From contig JAZLGN010000039.1 in assembly GCA_045616325.1 (NCBI GenBank), positions 11,596-75,595 of the forward strand: a stretch of 64,000 nucleotides of DNA, given 5' to 3'. This DNA is from Treponema sp. (GTDB lineage Bacteria > Spirochaetota > Spirochaetia > Treponematales > Treponemataceae). Under the pieces are notes generated by a model that saw only the letters and a list, made by a program, of their open reading frames with translations, did no database searches and was not told where the DNA came from. The position numbers and the translations under genes were made by a program. Below, one piece after another: positions 40,212 through 47,843 of the stretch (within the stretch, counting starts at the first letter, position 1; the number at the start of each line of letters is the position of its first letter).

Positions 40212-40454
40212 ATGTCAAAAGCACATCGTGGAACTGGAATCCGTAAGGAAGCAAATCATGGACGTGGGACATGTCCAGTATGCAATAAGTCTGGCGTAAA
40301 GGTACTTTACGATCAGGAAGTAGACGGAAAGAAAGTAAAGATTTGCAAGGTTTGTAAAGCTGCTCTTAAGAACAAGGCACAGAAAGATGCAAGACTTGCT
40401 AAGAAGGCCGCTGCAGCTGAAGCACCAGCAGCAGAAGCACCAGCAGAAGCATAA
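40212..40454 (+). CDS. Small basic Zn-ribbon protein, last gene of the r-protein operon (candidate ribosomal protein)
   Basis: AAGGAG SD, 16 nt after the rplQ stop; CPVC-20-CKVC; 18 K/R vs 5 D/E in aa 1-65; followed by the operon terminator. Confidence 0.85.
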   Translation: MSKAHRGTGIRKEANHGRGTCPVCNKSGVKVLYDQEVDGKKVKICKVCKAALKNKAQKDARLAKKAAAAEAPAAEAPAEA

Positions 40455-40476
40455 GATTATATCTTAGCTATGCTCA

Positions 40477-40510
40477 AGCCGCTCTTTGTATAAGGGCGGC
40501 TGTATTTTTT
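40477..40510 (+). terminator. Terminator of the S10-spc-alpha transcription unit
   Basis: AGCCGCTCTT-TGTAT-AAGGGCGGCT followed by GTATTTTTT. Confidence 0.8.
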
Positions 40511-40657
40511 TAAATTCATTGTGAAAGAGCCGGAATGTGAATTTGTAATTAAAGGCAATAGGTGTGGTTCGTGAGCATAAAATGCCATGGGATTTCTTTA
40601 CACTTATGTTAATTTTTATTAAAATGTCGGCAAAACAGTAATTAATAGGAGAATACT

Positions 40658-41794
40658 ATGAAATTTTCAAGAGTATTTACTTCAGGAGTTATGGCTCTTG
40701 CTGCAGCCCTTTCATTTGCTGCAGCTCCAAAGGGAGTTAAGATTGGTGGTGTAGCACCTCTTTCTGGCGCTGTAGCTGTATACGGTGCAGAATGCAAGAA
40801 GGGTATTGATCTTGCTGTAGAAGAAATCAACGCAGCAGGCGGTGTTCTTGGCCAGCAGATTACATTCGTATGTGAAGATGATGAAGGTGATGCAGCAAAG
40901 TCTGTTAATGCATTCACAAAGCTCTGCACAAGGGACAGGGTTCGCATCGTTGTTGGTTCACTTACATCTGGATGTACACTTGCAATTACCCAGCAGGCTC
41001 AGGCAAGAAAGGTTCTTCAGATTGCACCTGCTGCAACAGCTGTAAACATCACTGATGCAGGTAACTATATTTTCAGAACTTGTTTCATTGACCCATTCCA
41101 GGGACGCGTTGGCGGTAAGTTTGCTGCTGCAAACCTTGGATGCAAGAATGCTGCAATTCTCTATGACATTGGAAACGACTATTCAGCAGGCCTTGCAGAA
41201 AACTTTGAAAATGAATTCAAGGCCCAGGGTGGAACAATCGTTTCAAAGCAGTCTTACGGAACTGGAGACAAGGACTTTAACGCACAGCTTACAAAAATCA
41301 AGGCTGCCAACCCGGATGTAGTATACCTTCCAGATTACTACGGAACAGTTGCCCTTATTGCAAAGCAGCTTCGTGCACAGGGAATCAACACACCAATCAT
41401 CGGTGCTGATGGATGGGACGGACTTACGGAAAATGCAGGTGATGAAGTTCTTAACGGATACTATTCAAACCACTATGCAGAAGATTCAACAAGCCCAGCC
41501 GTACAGAAGTTTGTTAAGTCTTTCAAGGCAAAGTACAACAAGGCTCCTAATTCATTTGCAGCCCTCGGTTATGACTCAATTTACATGATCAAGGATGCAA
41601 TGGAAAAGGCAGGAACTACAACTGATGTTGTTAAGATTCGCGATGCTTATGAAAAGACAAACGGTGACTACGTAACAGGTCACATCGTGTTTGATGCAAA
41701 GCGCAACCCAATCAAGTCTGCAGTTATGATCAAGCTTGTAAAGGATGGAAGCAAGCTTTCTACAGCATACGCAGCTACAGTTGATATCCGCTAA
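40658..41794 (+). CDS. livJ: Branched-chain amino acid ABC substrate-binding protein (LivJ/LivK family)
   Basis: PLSGAVAVYG, EEINAAGGVLG, EDDEGD, NYIFRTCFID, DFNAQLTKIK, ALGYD. Confidence 0.93.
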   Translation: MKFSRVFTSGVMALAAALSFAAAPKGVKIGGVAPLSGAVAVYGAECKKGIDLAVEEINAAGGVLGQQITFVCEDDEGDAAKSVNAFTKLCTRDRVRIVVGSLTSGCTLAITQQAQARKVLQIAPAATAVNITDAGNYIFRTCFIDPFQGRVGGKFAAANLGCKNAAILYDIGNDYSAGLAENFENEFKAQGGTIVSKQSYGTGDKDFNAQLTKIKAANPDVVYLPDYYGTVALIAKQLRAQGINTPIIGADGWDGLTENAGDEVLNGYYSNHYAEDSTSPAVQKFVKSFKAKYNKAPNSFAALGYDSIYMIKDAMEKAGTTTDVVKIRDAYEKTNGDYVTGHIVFDAKRNPIKSAVMIKLVKDGSKLSTAYAATVDIR

Positions 41795-41802
41795 TTGATT
41801 TT

Positions 41803-41831
41803 GAGATTCCGGGTCGGTGCCCGGAATGACA
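41803..41831 (-). repeat. REP-like TGTC-tagged palindrome (second copy, different stem)
   Basis: Minus strand TGTC-ATTCCGGG-CACCGA-CCCGGAAT-CTC. Confidence 0.7.
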
Positions 41832-41844
41832 GTTATTTTGAACA

Positions 41845-41882
41845 AAGGGGTTCATTCCGTATGGGAGTGGACCCTTTTTTTT
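41845..41882 (+). terminator. Terminator after livJ
   Basis: GGGTTCATTCC-GTAT-GGGAGTGGACCC followed by a T8 run. Confidence 0.85.
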
Positions 41883-42057
41883 GTGTCGTGGAGTGCGGGA
41901 GGGAAAAACTGCGGTTTCCTTTGGGAGCGCTAACCGCGGGAAGGATTGTAGGACCTTTAGTCCTGGAGCTTGCGGAAGGATGAGCCGCGGTAGACGGCGA
42001 AGTCCGGAAAGCCTGACCCCATGGCAGCTGGGCTGCCATGGGGGGCCGCCCTTACTT
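41883..42057. repeat. GC-rich intergenic palindromic element, copy C (inverted relative to A)
   Basis: Contains the CCCCATGGCAGC-TGG-GCTGCCATGGGG hairpin, CGGAAAGCCTG (42005-42015) and AAGGATTG (41941-41948). Confidence 0.5.
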
Positions 42058-42071
42058 TAGACATTAGAAAA

Positions 42072-42100
42072 TTGATAAAAATTCAGTTTTCCTGTATAAT
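42072..42100 (+). promoter_or_regulatory. Sigma70 promoter of livHMGF
   Basis: TTGATA-17-TATAAT. Confidence 0.8.
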
Positions 42101-42146
42101 TAAATGCTTTTGTTTAATTTTGGCACTTTAAATTTTGGAGGATACT

Positions 42147-43037
42147 GTGGATACTTTTTTGAAGCAGTTTGTCAACGGTCTTTCCCTTGGTAGCATTTAC
42201 GCGCTGATTGCCCTTGGCTACACTATGGTTTATGGAATTGTAAAGCTCATTAACTTTGCACATGGCGATGTTATGATGGTTGGTGCCTTTACCGGCTACT
42301 TTATCCTTACATGGCTTGGTGCAAATCCCTTTGGTTTGGTTATGGCTTTTATCGGTGCCATGGTTGTCTGTGCACTCCTGAGCCTGGTCATTGAGCGTCT
42401 TGCATACAGACCCCTGAGGAATGCCCCCCGTCTTAATTCCCTGATTACGGCCATTGCCGTGGAACTGATCCTGCAGAATGCCATGCGCGTCATTCCTTTT
42501 GTTGGCCCGAATCCGCGCCAGTTTCCTACCATGGAGACAAAGATGCTTTCTCTTGGCATTCTGAGTTTTTCCAATATTCAGCTTATCGTGATTATTTCTT
42601 CTGCAGTGCTGATGCTTATTCTGAACTATATCATTAACTATACCAAGACTGGCCGTGCCATGAGGGCTGTCAGCTATGACATGGGTGCTGCAAGTCTGAT
42701 GGGCGTTAACGTTAACAGGATTATTGCCATCACTTTTGTTATCGGTTCGGTTCTTGCAGGGGCTGGCGGTGTTCTTTATGCTACGGCCTACCCACAGGTT
42801 GACCCTTTCATGGGATACATTCCGGGCCTTAAGGCTTTTGTTGCAGCGGTTCTTGGTGGAATCGGCAGCGTGCCTGGTGCCATGGTGGGTGGTGTCATTC
42901 TTGGCATTGTTGAGACCATGACCAAGGCATACATTTCTTCGCAGTATGCAGATGCAATTTCCTATTCCATCCTGATATTGATTCTTCTTGTTAAGCCGGC
43001 GGGACTTCTTGGTAAGAAGACCGTGGTTAAGGTGTGA
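42147..43037 (+). CDS. livH: Branched-chain amino acid ABC permease LivH
   Basis: NGLSLGSIYALIALGYTMVYG, INFAHG, TKTGRAMRA, KAFVAAVLGGIGS; GTG start after GGAGG. Confidence 0.97.
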   Translation: MDTFLKQFVNGLSLGSIYALIALGYTMVYGIVKLINFAHGDVMMVGAFTGYFILTWLGANPFGLVMAFIGAMVVCALLSLVIERLAYRPLRNAPRLNSLITAIAVELILQNAMRVIPFVGPNPRQFPTMETKMLSLGILSFSNIQLIVIISSAVLMLILNYIINYTKTGRAMRAVSYDMGAASLMGVNVNRIIAITFVIGSVLAGAGGVLYATAYPQVDPFMGYIPGLKAFVAAVLGGIGSVPGAMVGGVILGIVETMTKAYISSQYADAISYSILILILLVKPAGLLGKKTVVKV

Positions 43038-43045
43038 GGTGCCCC

Positions 43046-44095
43046 ATGAAAGATAAGTTTTTAAGAAACAGCATGATTCTTCTGGCAATCGCACTTTTTG
43101 TAGTGATTGTCCCCGGTCTATTGATGGACCTTATGATTTTTGAGGACGCCGACGGTTATCAGGTTCCCCTCATTGATGCCTATACGGCACAGGTTATTAC
43201 ACTTGGTGGCGTCAATGCCATCATGGCCCTGAGCGTTAACATGATCTGCGGAATTACGGGACAGCTTTCCCTTGGGCAGGCCGGGTTCCAGGCAATTGGT
43301 GCATATTCAGTCATTCTTCTTTCTACAAGCTGCCATATTCCCCTTCCGGTCAGCATCATTCTTGGCGGTCTTGTTGCAGCCTTCTTTGGTTTCCTTATTG
43401 GCTTTCCGACACTGAAACTTGAAGGTGACTATCTTGCCATCGTTACCCTGGCTTTTGGTGAAATCATCAGGATTGTCCTGATTAACCTGAAGTCGATTAC
43501 AGGTGGTCCAAACGGAATGCAGTTTACGACAGTGTTTACTACTTCCCTTGACCATGGCCCAATGATTTCCTACGTTTCGATTATCGGTACCCTGGTTCTT
43601 ATTGTTGTCCTCATGCAGAATTTCTTGCGCTCTACCTATGGACGTGCAATTCTTGCAGTGCGCGAGGATGAAGTTGCGGCCAACAGCAGTGGTGTTGGAG
43701 TCTTTAAGTATAAGATGACGGGCTTTGTCATCGCTTCCTTTGTTGCAGGTATTGCCGGCGCCCTTTATGCTCCTTTCATCGGGTTCATCAAGCCGGATCT
43801 TGCTTCCTTTAACAATTCCATCAACGACCTGATTTTTGTTGTTCTTGGTGGAATGGGTAGCGTTACAGGCGGTATTGTTGCAGCCTTTGTCCTTACGATT
43901 CTTCAGGAAGTATTGAGGTTCCTCCAGGACTACAGGCTTTTGATTTACCCTGTAATCCTGATTTTTGTAATGCTCTTTAGGCCCCAGGGGCTTTTGGGTA
44001 CAAAGGAACTTAGCTTTATCAAGGTTTACGACGGCATTCCAGGCCTTGTCAGAAAAATCCTTAAAAAGAACGTTAAGAAAGGGGAGGCAGAATAA
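43046..44095 (+). CDS. livM: Branched-chain amino acid ABC permease LivM
   Basis: GQLSLGQAGF, LEGDYLAIVTLAFGEI, YGRAILAVREDE, RPQGLLG. Confidence 0.97.
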   Translation: MKDKFLRNSMILLAIALFVVIVPGLLMDLMIFEDADGYQVPLIDAYTAQVITLGGVNAIMALSVNMICGITGQLSLGQAGFQAIGAYSVILLSTSCHIPLPVSIILGGLVAAFFGFLIGFPTLKLEGDYLAIVTLAFGEIIRIVLINLKSITGGPNGMQFTTVFTTSLDHGPMISYVSIIGTLVLIVVLMQNFLRSTYGRAILAVREDEVAANSSGVGVFKYKMTGFVIASFVAGIAGALYAPFIGFIKPDLASFNNSINDLIFVVLGGMGSVTGGIVAAFVLTILQEVLRFLQDYRLLIYPVILIFVMLFRPQGLLGTKELSFIKVYDGIPGLVRKILKKNVKKGEAE

Positions 44096-44886
44096 TGGAA
44101 AACAAAAAGGAACTGCTTCTTCGTGCAAAAGACATTTCCATCGTGTTTGGAGGCCTTAGGGCTGTAAGCGACTTTAACCTTGAGCTTTATGAAGGAGAAC
44201 TCATTGGCCTTATCGGTCCAAACGGAGCCGGCAAGACGACTGTGTTCAACATGCTTTCCGGCGTGTATAAGCCTACGGAAGGAACAATTACCTTTGTAGA
44301 CCGTAACGGAAACCTGCTGGTGGCAAGCGGTAAGACTCCTGCCGATCTGAACAGGATGGGAATTGCCCGTACTTTCCAGAACATCCGCCTGTTTAGCAAT
44401 CTTACGGTTGCGGAAAACATAAAGATTGCCCTTCACCAGGTGAGGGGAGTAAGTCCCATTGATGTTCTTTTCAGGACAAAGAAATTCCGTAATGATGAAG
44501 TTGCCATGCAGACAAAGACTGAGCACCTGCTTTCCCTGTTCCACATGGAAGGAAAGATCAACGAAACGGCAAAAAACCTGCCTTACGGTGAACAGAGAAA
44601 GCTTGAAATCTGCCGTGCCCTTGCTTCCGGGCCAAAGCTTCTTTTGCTTGATGAACCGGCTGCAGGCATGAACGAGCAGGAAACCCACGAGCTTATGGAA
44701 ATGATCGCCTTCATCAGGAAGGAATTCAACCTTACGGTTCTCCTTATTGAACACGACATGAAGCTTGTCATGGGAATCTGCGAGCGTCTTCTCGTCCTGA
44801 ATTATGGCCGTGTCATTGCAGAGGGAAAGCCTGAAGAAATCCGCAGTAATGAAGAAGTCGTCAAGGCTTATCTTGGTAACAATTAG
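44095..44886 (+). CDS. livG: ABC ATPase LivG
   Basis: FGGLRAV, GPNGAGKTT, ARTFQNIRLF, LPYGEQRKLEI, LLDEPAAG. Confidence 0.97.
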   Translation: MENKKELLLRAKDISIVFGGLRAVSDFNLELYEGELIGLIGPNGAGKTTVFNMLSGVYKPTEGTITFVDRNGNLLVASGKTPADLNRMGIARTFQNIRLFSNLTVAENIKIALHQVRGVSPIDVLFRTKKFRNDEVAMQTKTEHLLSLFHMEGKINETAKNLPYGEQRKLEICRALASGPKLLLLDEPAAGMNEQETHELMEMIAFIRKEFNLTVLLIEHDMKLVMGICERLLVLNYGRVIAEGKPEEIRSNEEVVKAYLGNN

Positions 44887-44899
44887 GAGGGCGTGAAAA

Positions 44900-45610
44900 A
44901 TGGCAATGCTTGAAGTAAAGGATCTTGTGGTTTCTTACGGTGCTATCAATGCCCTTAAGGGAATTTCATTTTCTGTTGAACAAGGGGAAGTTGTTACTCT
45001 CATCGGTTCCAATGGTGCAGGAAAGACGACAACCCTTCATTCCGTAAGCAACCTGATCAAGAAGGTTGGCGGTTCAATTTGCTTTGAAGGTGAGGACATT
45101 ACGACTGTCGGTGCAGATAAAATCGTAAGCCGTGGCCTTATTCAGGTTCCGGAGGGACGCCGCGTTTTTGCAAACATGACTGTACGTGAAAACATCGAGA
45201 TGGGTGCCTTTCTGAGAAAGGATAAGGAACAGATAAAGAAGGACATGGATTGGTGCTACGAGCTTTTTCCGCGACTTAAGGAACGCCTTGGGCAGCTGGC
45301 AGGAACCCTGTCTGGTGGAGAGCAGCAGATGCTTGCCATGGCACGTGCCCTCATGTCTAAGCCAAGGCTCCTTTTGCTTGATGAACCGAGCATGGGACTG
45401 GCACCGATTCTTGTTGATGAGATCTTTAACATCATCAGGAAAATTTCCAGCGCAGGCACGACGATTCTTCTTGTTGAACAGAATGCATACAAGGCCCTTG
45501 CAATTGCGAACCATGCATATGTCCTTGAAACAGGTTCGATTTCAAAAAGGTGGGATGCAAAGGAACTTATGAATGATGAAACGGTCAAGAAGGCATATCT
45601 TGGCGGCTGA
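44900..45610 (+). CDS. livF: ABC ATPase LivF
   Basis: GSNGAGKTT, VPEGRRVF, LSGGEQQMLAMARALM, AYLGG. Confidence 0.97.
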   Translation: MAMLEVKDLVVSYGAINALKGISFSVEQGEVVTLIGSNGAGKTTTLHSVSNLIKKVGGSICFEGEDITTVGADKIVSRGLIQVPEGRRVFANMTVRENIEMGAFLRKDKEQIKKDMDWCYELFPRLKERLGQLAGTLSGGEQQMLAMARALMSKPRLLLLDEPSMGLAPILVDEIFNIIRKISSAGTTILLVEQNAYKALAIANHAYVLETGSISKRWDAKELMNDETVKKAYLGG

Positions 45611-45613
45611 AAT

Positions 45614-45642
45614 TTGTTGAATTGCAAATTCAGTGTTATAAT
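45614..45642 (+). promoter_or_regulatory. Sigma70 promoter of the CBS-ACT gene
   Basis: TTGTTG-17-TATAAT with extended TG. Confidence 0.65.
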
Positions 45643-45685
45643 AAAGGCATGGAGACCCAGAGAATGGTTTTCCGTGCCTTTTTTT
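45643..45685 (+). terminator. Terminator of the liv operon, overlapping the downstream TSS
   Basis: AAAGGCATGGAGACC...GGTTTTCCGTGCCTTT followed by T's. Confidence 0.8.
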
Positions 45686-45710
45686 ATTTGCAGTTTCATG
45701 GAGGTAAGAT

Positions 45711-46355
45711 ATGCTGGTTAAAGATGTCATGAGTTCAAATCCCGTAGTGGTAGGACCTGAAGCTTCTGTTCTTGAAGCAAAGGAAATGATGAAGAAAAAC
45801 AAGGTGAACATTCTTCCCGTAGTTGATAAGAGAGGAATGCTTGCAGGCATCCTGAGCAAGGGTGACCTGGAAAAGGCTAGCCCAAGTGAAGCCACGACAC
45901 TGGACATGTTTGAGCTTGGATACCTTTTGAGCAAGCTGTCCGTTGAAAAGACCATGGTCAAGAACGTTAAGACTACGACGGAAAACCAGACTGTTGAGGA
46001 AACGGCTCGCTTGATGAAGGATTATGGAATCTCCTGTCTGCCCGTGGTGAATAACAACGTTCTTGTGGGGCTTGTAACCCAGTCGGATCTGTTTTCCTGC
46101 TTCATTGACATGTTCAGCACCAAGTCTGCAGGAATAAGGGCAGTTGCAGTCTGTGATGAAAAGCCAGGCGTTCTTGCAGGAATCGTTGCAGCCATTGCAG
46201 AAAAGAATGCAAACATTGTTTCTGTTGTAACCAATGATGTTGAGGATTCTTCTCGGAAGAAGATTACGCTTAAGGTTGAAAAACTTTCCATCGATGAGCT
46301 TAAGACAATCCTGGAAAATCATGGCGGCCTGGTGGAAGACATAAGAAGCGTCTGA
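45711..46355 (+). CDS. CBS-pair plus ACT domain protein (AcuB-like)
   Basis: VKDVMSSNP, LPVVD..G.LAGILS, LPVVNNNVLVGLVT; ACT motif DEKPGVLAGIV. Confidence 0.9.
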   Translation: MLVKDVMSSNPVVVGPEASVLEAKEMMKKNKVNILPVVDKRGMLAGILSKGDLEKASPSEATTLDMFELGYLLSKLSVEKTMVKNVKTTTENQTVEETARLMKDYGISCLPVVNNNVLVGLVTQSDLFSCFIDMFSTKSAGIRAVAVCDEKPGVLAGIVAAIAEKNANIVSVVTNDVEDSSRKKITLKVEKLSIDELKTILENHGGLVEDIRSV

Positions 46356-46359
46356 GCAT

Positions 46360-46388
46360 TTGACCAAATGAATGATTTCTGATACAGT
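46360..46388 (+). promoter_or_regulatory. Sigma70 promoter of tRNA-Ala
   Basis: TTGACC-17-TACAGT with extended TG. Confidence 0.75.
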
Positions 46389-46400
46389 AAGGGGGTAATC

Positions 46401-46474
46401 GGGGGTGTAGCTCACCTGGCTAGAGCGCTAGCATGGCATGCTAGAGGTAACGGGTTCAAGTCCCGTCATCTCCA
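46401..46474 (+). tRNA. tRNA-Ala (GGC)
   Basis: GGGGGTG/CATCTCC acceptor with G3-U70, anticodon arm CTAGC-ATGGCAT-GCTAG (A32-U38), GGTTCAAGTCC. Confidence 0.96.
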
Positions 46475-46476
46475 AT

Positions 46477-47025
46477 ATGTTAAAGACAATAAGACCGGAA
46501 GCACTTGCAGACAATCCGTTCAAGATGATCGGCAAAGACTGGATGCTTGTAACTGCCTGCACCACAAAGGAAAGCGAAGACGGTTCTATCATTACAGGTC
46601 GTCCAAACACAATGACCGCCAGCTGGGGTGGTGTTGGAATCATGTGGAACAAGCCTGTTGCCACAATCTACCTTAGGCCTTCAAGATACACAAAGGAAAT
46701 CATTGATCAGTCGGAAACTTTTTCCCTGAGCGTACTCCCTGAAAAATTCAGGACGGCCTTGGATTATTGCGGTTCCCATTCCGGACGCGATGAAGATAAG
46801 TTCCAGAAGGCGAAGCTTGATGTTGAATACATGAACAATACTCCATGGATCAAGCAGGCTCGCGTTGTTCTTTTCTGCAGGAAGATTTATGCACAGGAAA
46901 TCGATCCCTACGGATTTGCTGATGAAAAGGTCTGCAACCAGAATTACAAGAAGGATGACTTCCATACAATGTATATTGCGGAGATTACAAAGGTTCTTGT
47001 AGAATCCAGGGACATCAAGAAGTAA
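46477..47025 (+). CDS. Flavin reductase-like FMN-binding protein
   Basis: PFKMIGKDWMLVTA, NTMTASWGG.G.MW.KP, RPSRYT, FCRKIYAQ, HTMYIAEI; ATG 2 nt after the tRNA. Confidence 0.9.
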   Translation: MLKTIRPEALADNPFKMIGKDWMLVTACTTKESEDGSIITGRPNTMTASWGGVGIMWNKPVATIYLRPSRYTKEIIDQSETFSLSVLPEKFRTALDYCGSHSGRDEDKFQKAKLDVEYMNNTPWIKQARVVLFCRKIYAQEIDPYGFADEKVCNQNYKKDDFHTMYIAEITKVLVESRDIKK

Positions 47026-47092
47026 GCATTCTGATTTTGCTGCATGAACAGATGATGCAGCTTATAGGCTGAAGTTTTTAGTTCAGCATGAA

Positions 47093-47145
47093 AAAAGCCA
47101 GGCATTCCTGAAGGGCTTTATGCTCCAAGGTTAACCTGGCTTTAT
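47093..47145. terminator. Probable terminator hairpin between convergent genes
   Basis: AAAGCCAGG...CCTGGCTTT with an A-run on the left; two smaller hairpins upstream. Confidence 0.55.
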
Positions 47146-47148
47146 CTT

Positions 47149-47721
47149 TTAGCGCTGGATTGTTGCGTCGTGAATCTTTTTGCTCATCTCGTCGCCGCAC
47201 ATGATCCTGATGAGTTCCATGGCAAACTGCTCTGCACAGCCGGCACCACGAGAAGTTACGAGGTTTCCGTCGGTTACAAAAGGAACGTCCTTTACGTGGG
47301 TTGATTCATGGCCGCTGGATTCAGCTTCCATGCCGGGATAGCAGGTCCATTTTTTTCCATCCAGAACTTTTGTCTTTGAAAGAACTACGGCCGGGGCTGC
47401 ACAGATGGCAGCTACAAGTTTCCCTTCTGCATTCATTCTGTCTATGAGGGAAAGGGCCTGGGTGCACCTGCTTATGTTTTCTGATCCAAGGCTACCACCT
47501 GGAACAAACACAGCATCAGGAAGTTCCGAGCATGCGGAAAGGTATGTTTCAAGGGTCATGTCAGCGATGACCGGAATGTTGTGTCCGCCTTCAACGGTTC
47601 TAGCTTGGGTGGCAGTTGCCACTGTCGTTACCTTGATTCCGGCGCGGCGAAGGTAGTCTACGGGAGTAAGTGCTTCCACTTCTTCAAATCCATTGGCAAG
47701 GAAAACAAGTATGTCTTTCAT
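47149..47721 (-). CDS. DJ-1/PfpI family protein (YajL/ThiJ-like)
   Basis: LANGFEEVEA, DYLRRAGI, FVPGG, AAICAAP, CYPG, VTSRGAG; start MKDIL after GGAGG. Confidence 0.95.
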   Translation of the reverse strand: MKDILVFLANGFEEVEALTPVDYLRRAGIKVTTVATATQARTVEGGHNIPVIADMTLETYLSACSELPDAVFVPGGSLGSENISRCTQALSLIDRMNAEGKLVAAICAAPAVVLSKTKVLDGKKWTCYPGMEAESSGHESTHVKDVPFVTDGNLVTSRGAGCAEQFAMELIRIMCGDEMSKKIHDATIQR

Positions 47722-47807
47722 AATTCCTCCAGAAAAATGGTAATCGGTCCCATAATGGGGATCCAATATTGAGGCATCACTAAAAATTGCAATTTTTAGA
47801 GACTCCA

Positions 47808-47836
47808 TTGAAATTATACAAGGAAAGTCGTATTAT
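47808..47836 (+). promoter_or_regulatory. Sigma70 promoter of the regulator-kinase-PHP operon (leaderless geometry)
   Basis: TTGAAA-17-TATTAT ending 7 nt before the ATG at 47844. Confidence 0.65.
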
Positions 47837-47843
47837 TTACAGT

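Noticed and set aside
46471-46474. Terminal CCA of tRNA-Ala read as an encoded CCA end
   Set aside because: These bases are C71, C72 and A73 of the acceptor stem and discriminator, so CCA must be added post-transcriptionally.
46438-46476. ORF-track start of the flavin reductase inside tRNA-Ala
   Set aside because: It overlaps the anticodon and T arms of an intact tRNA; the ATG at 46477 is the plausible start.
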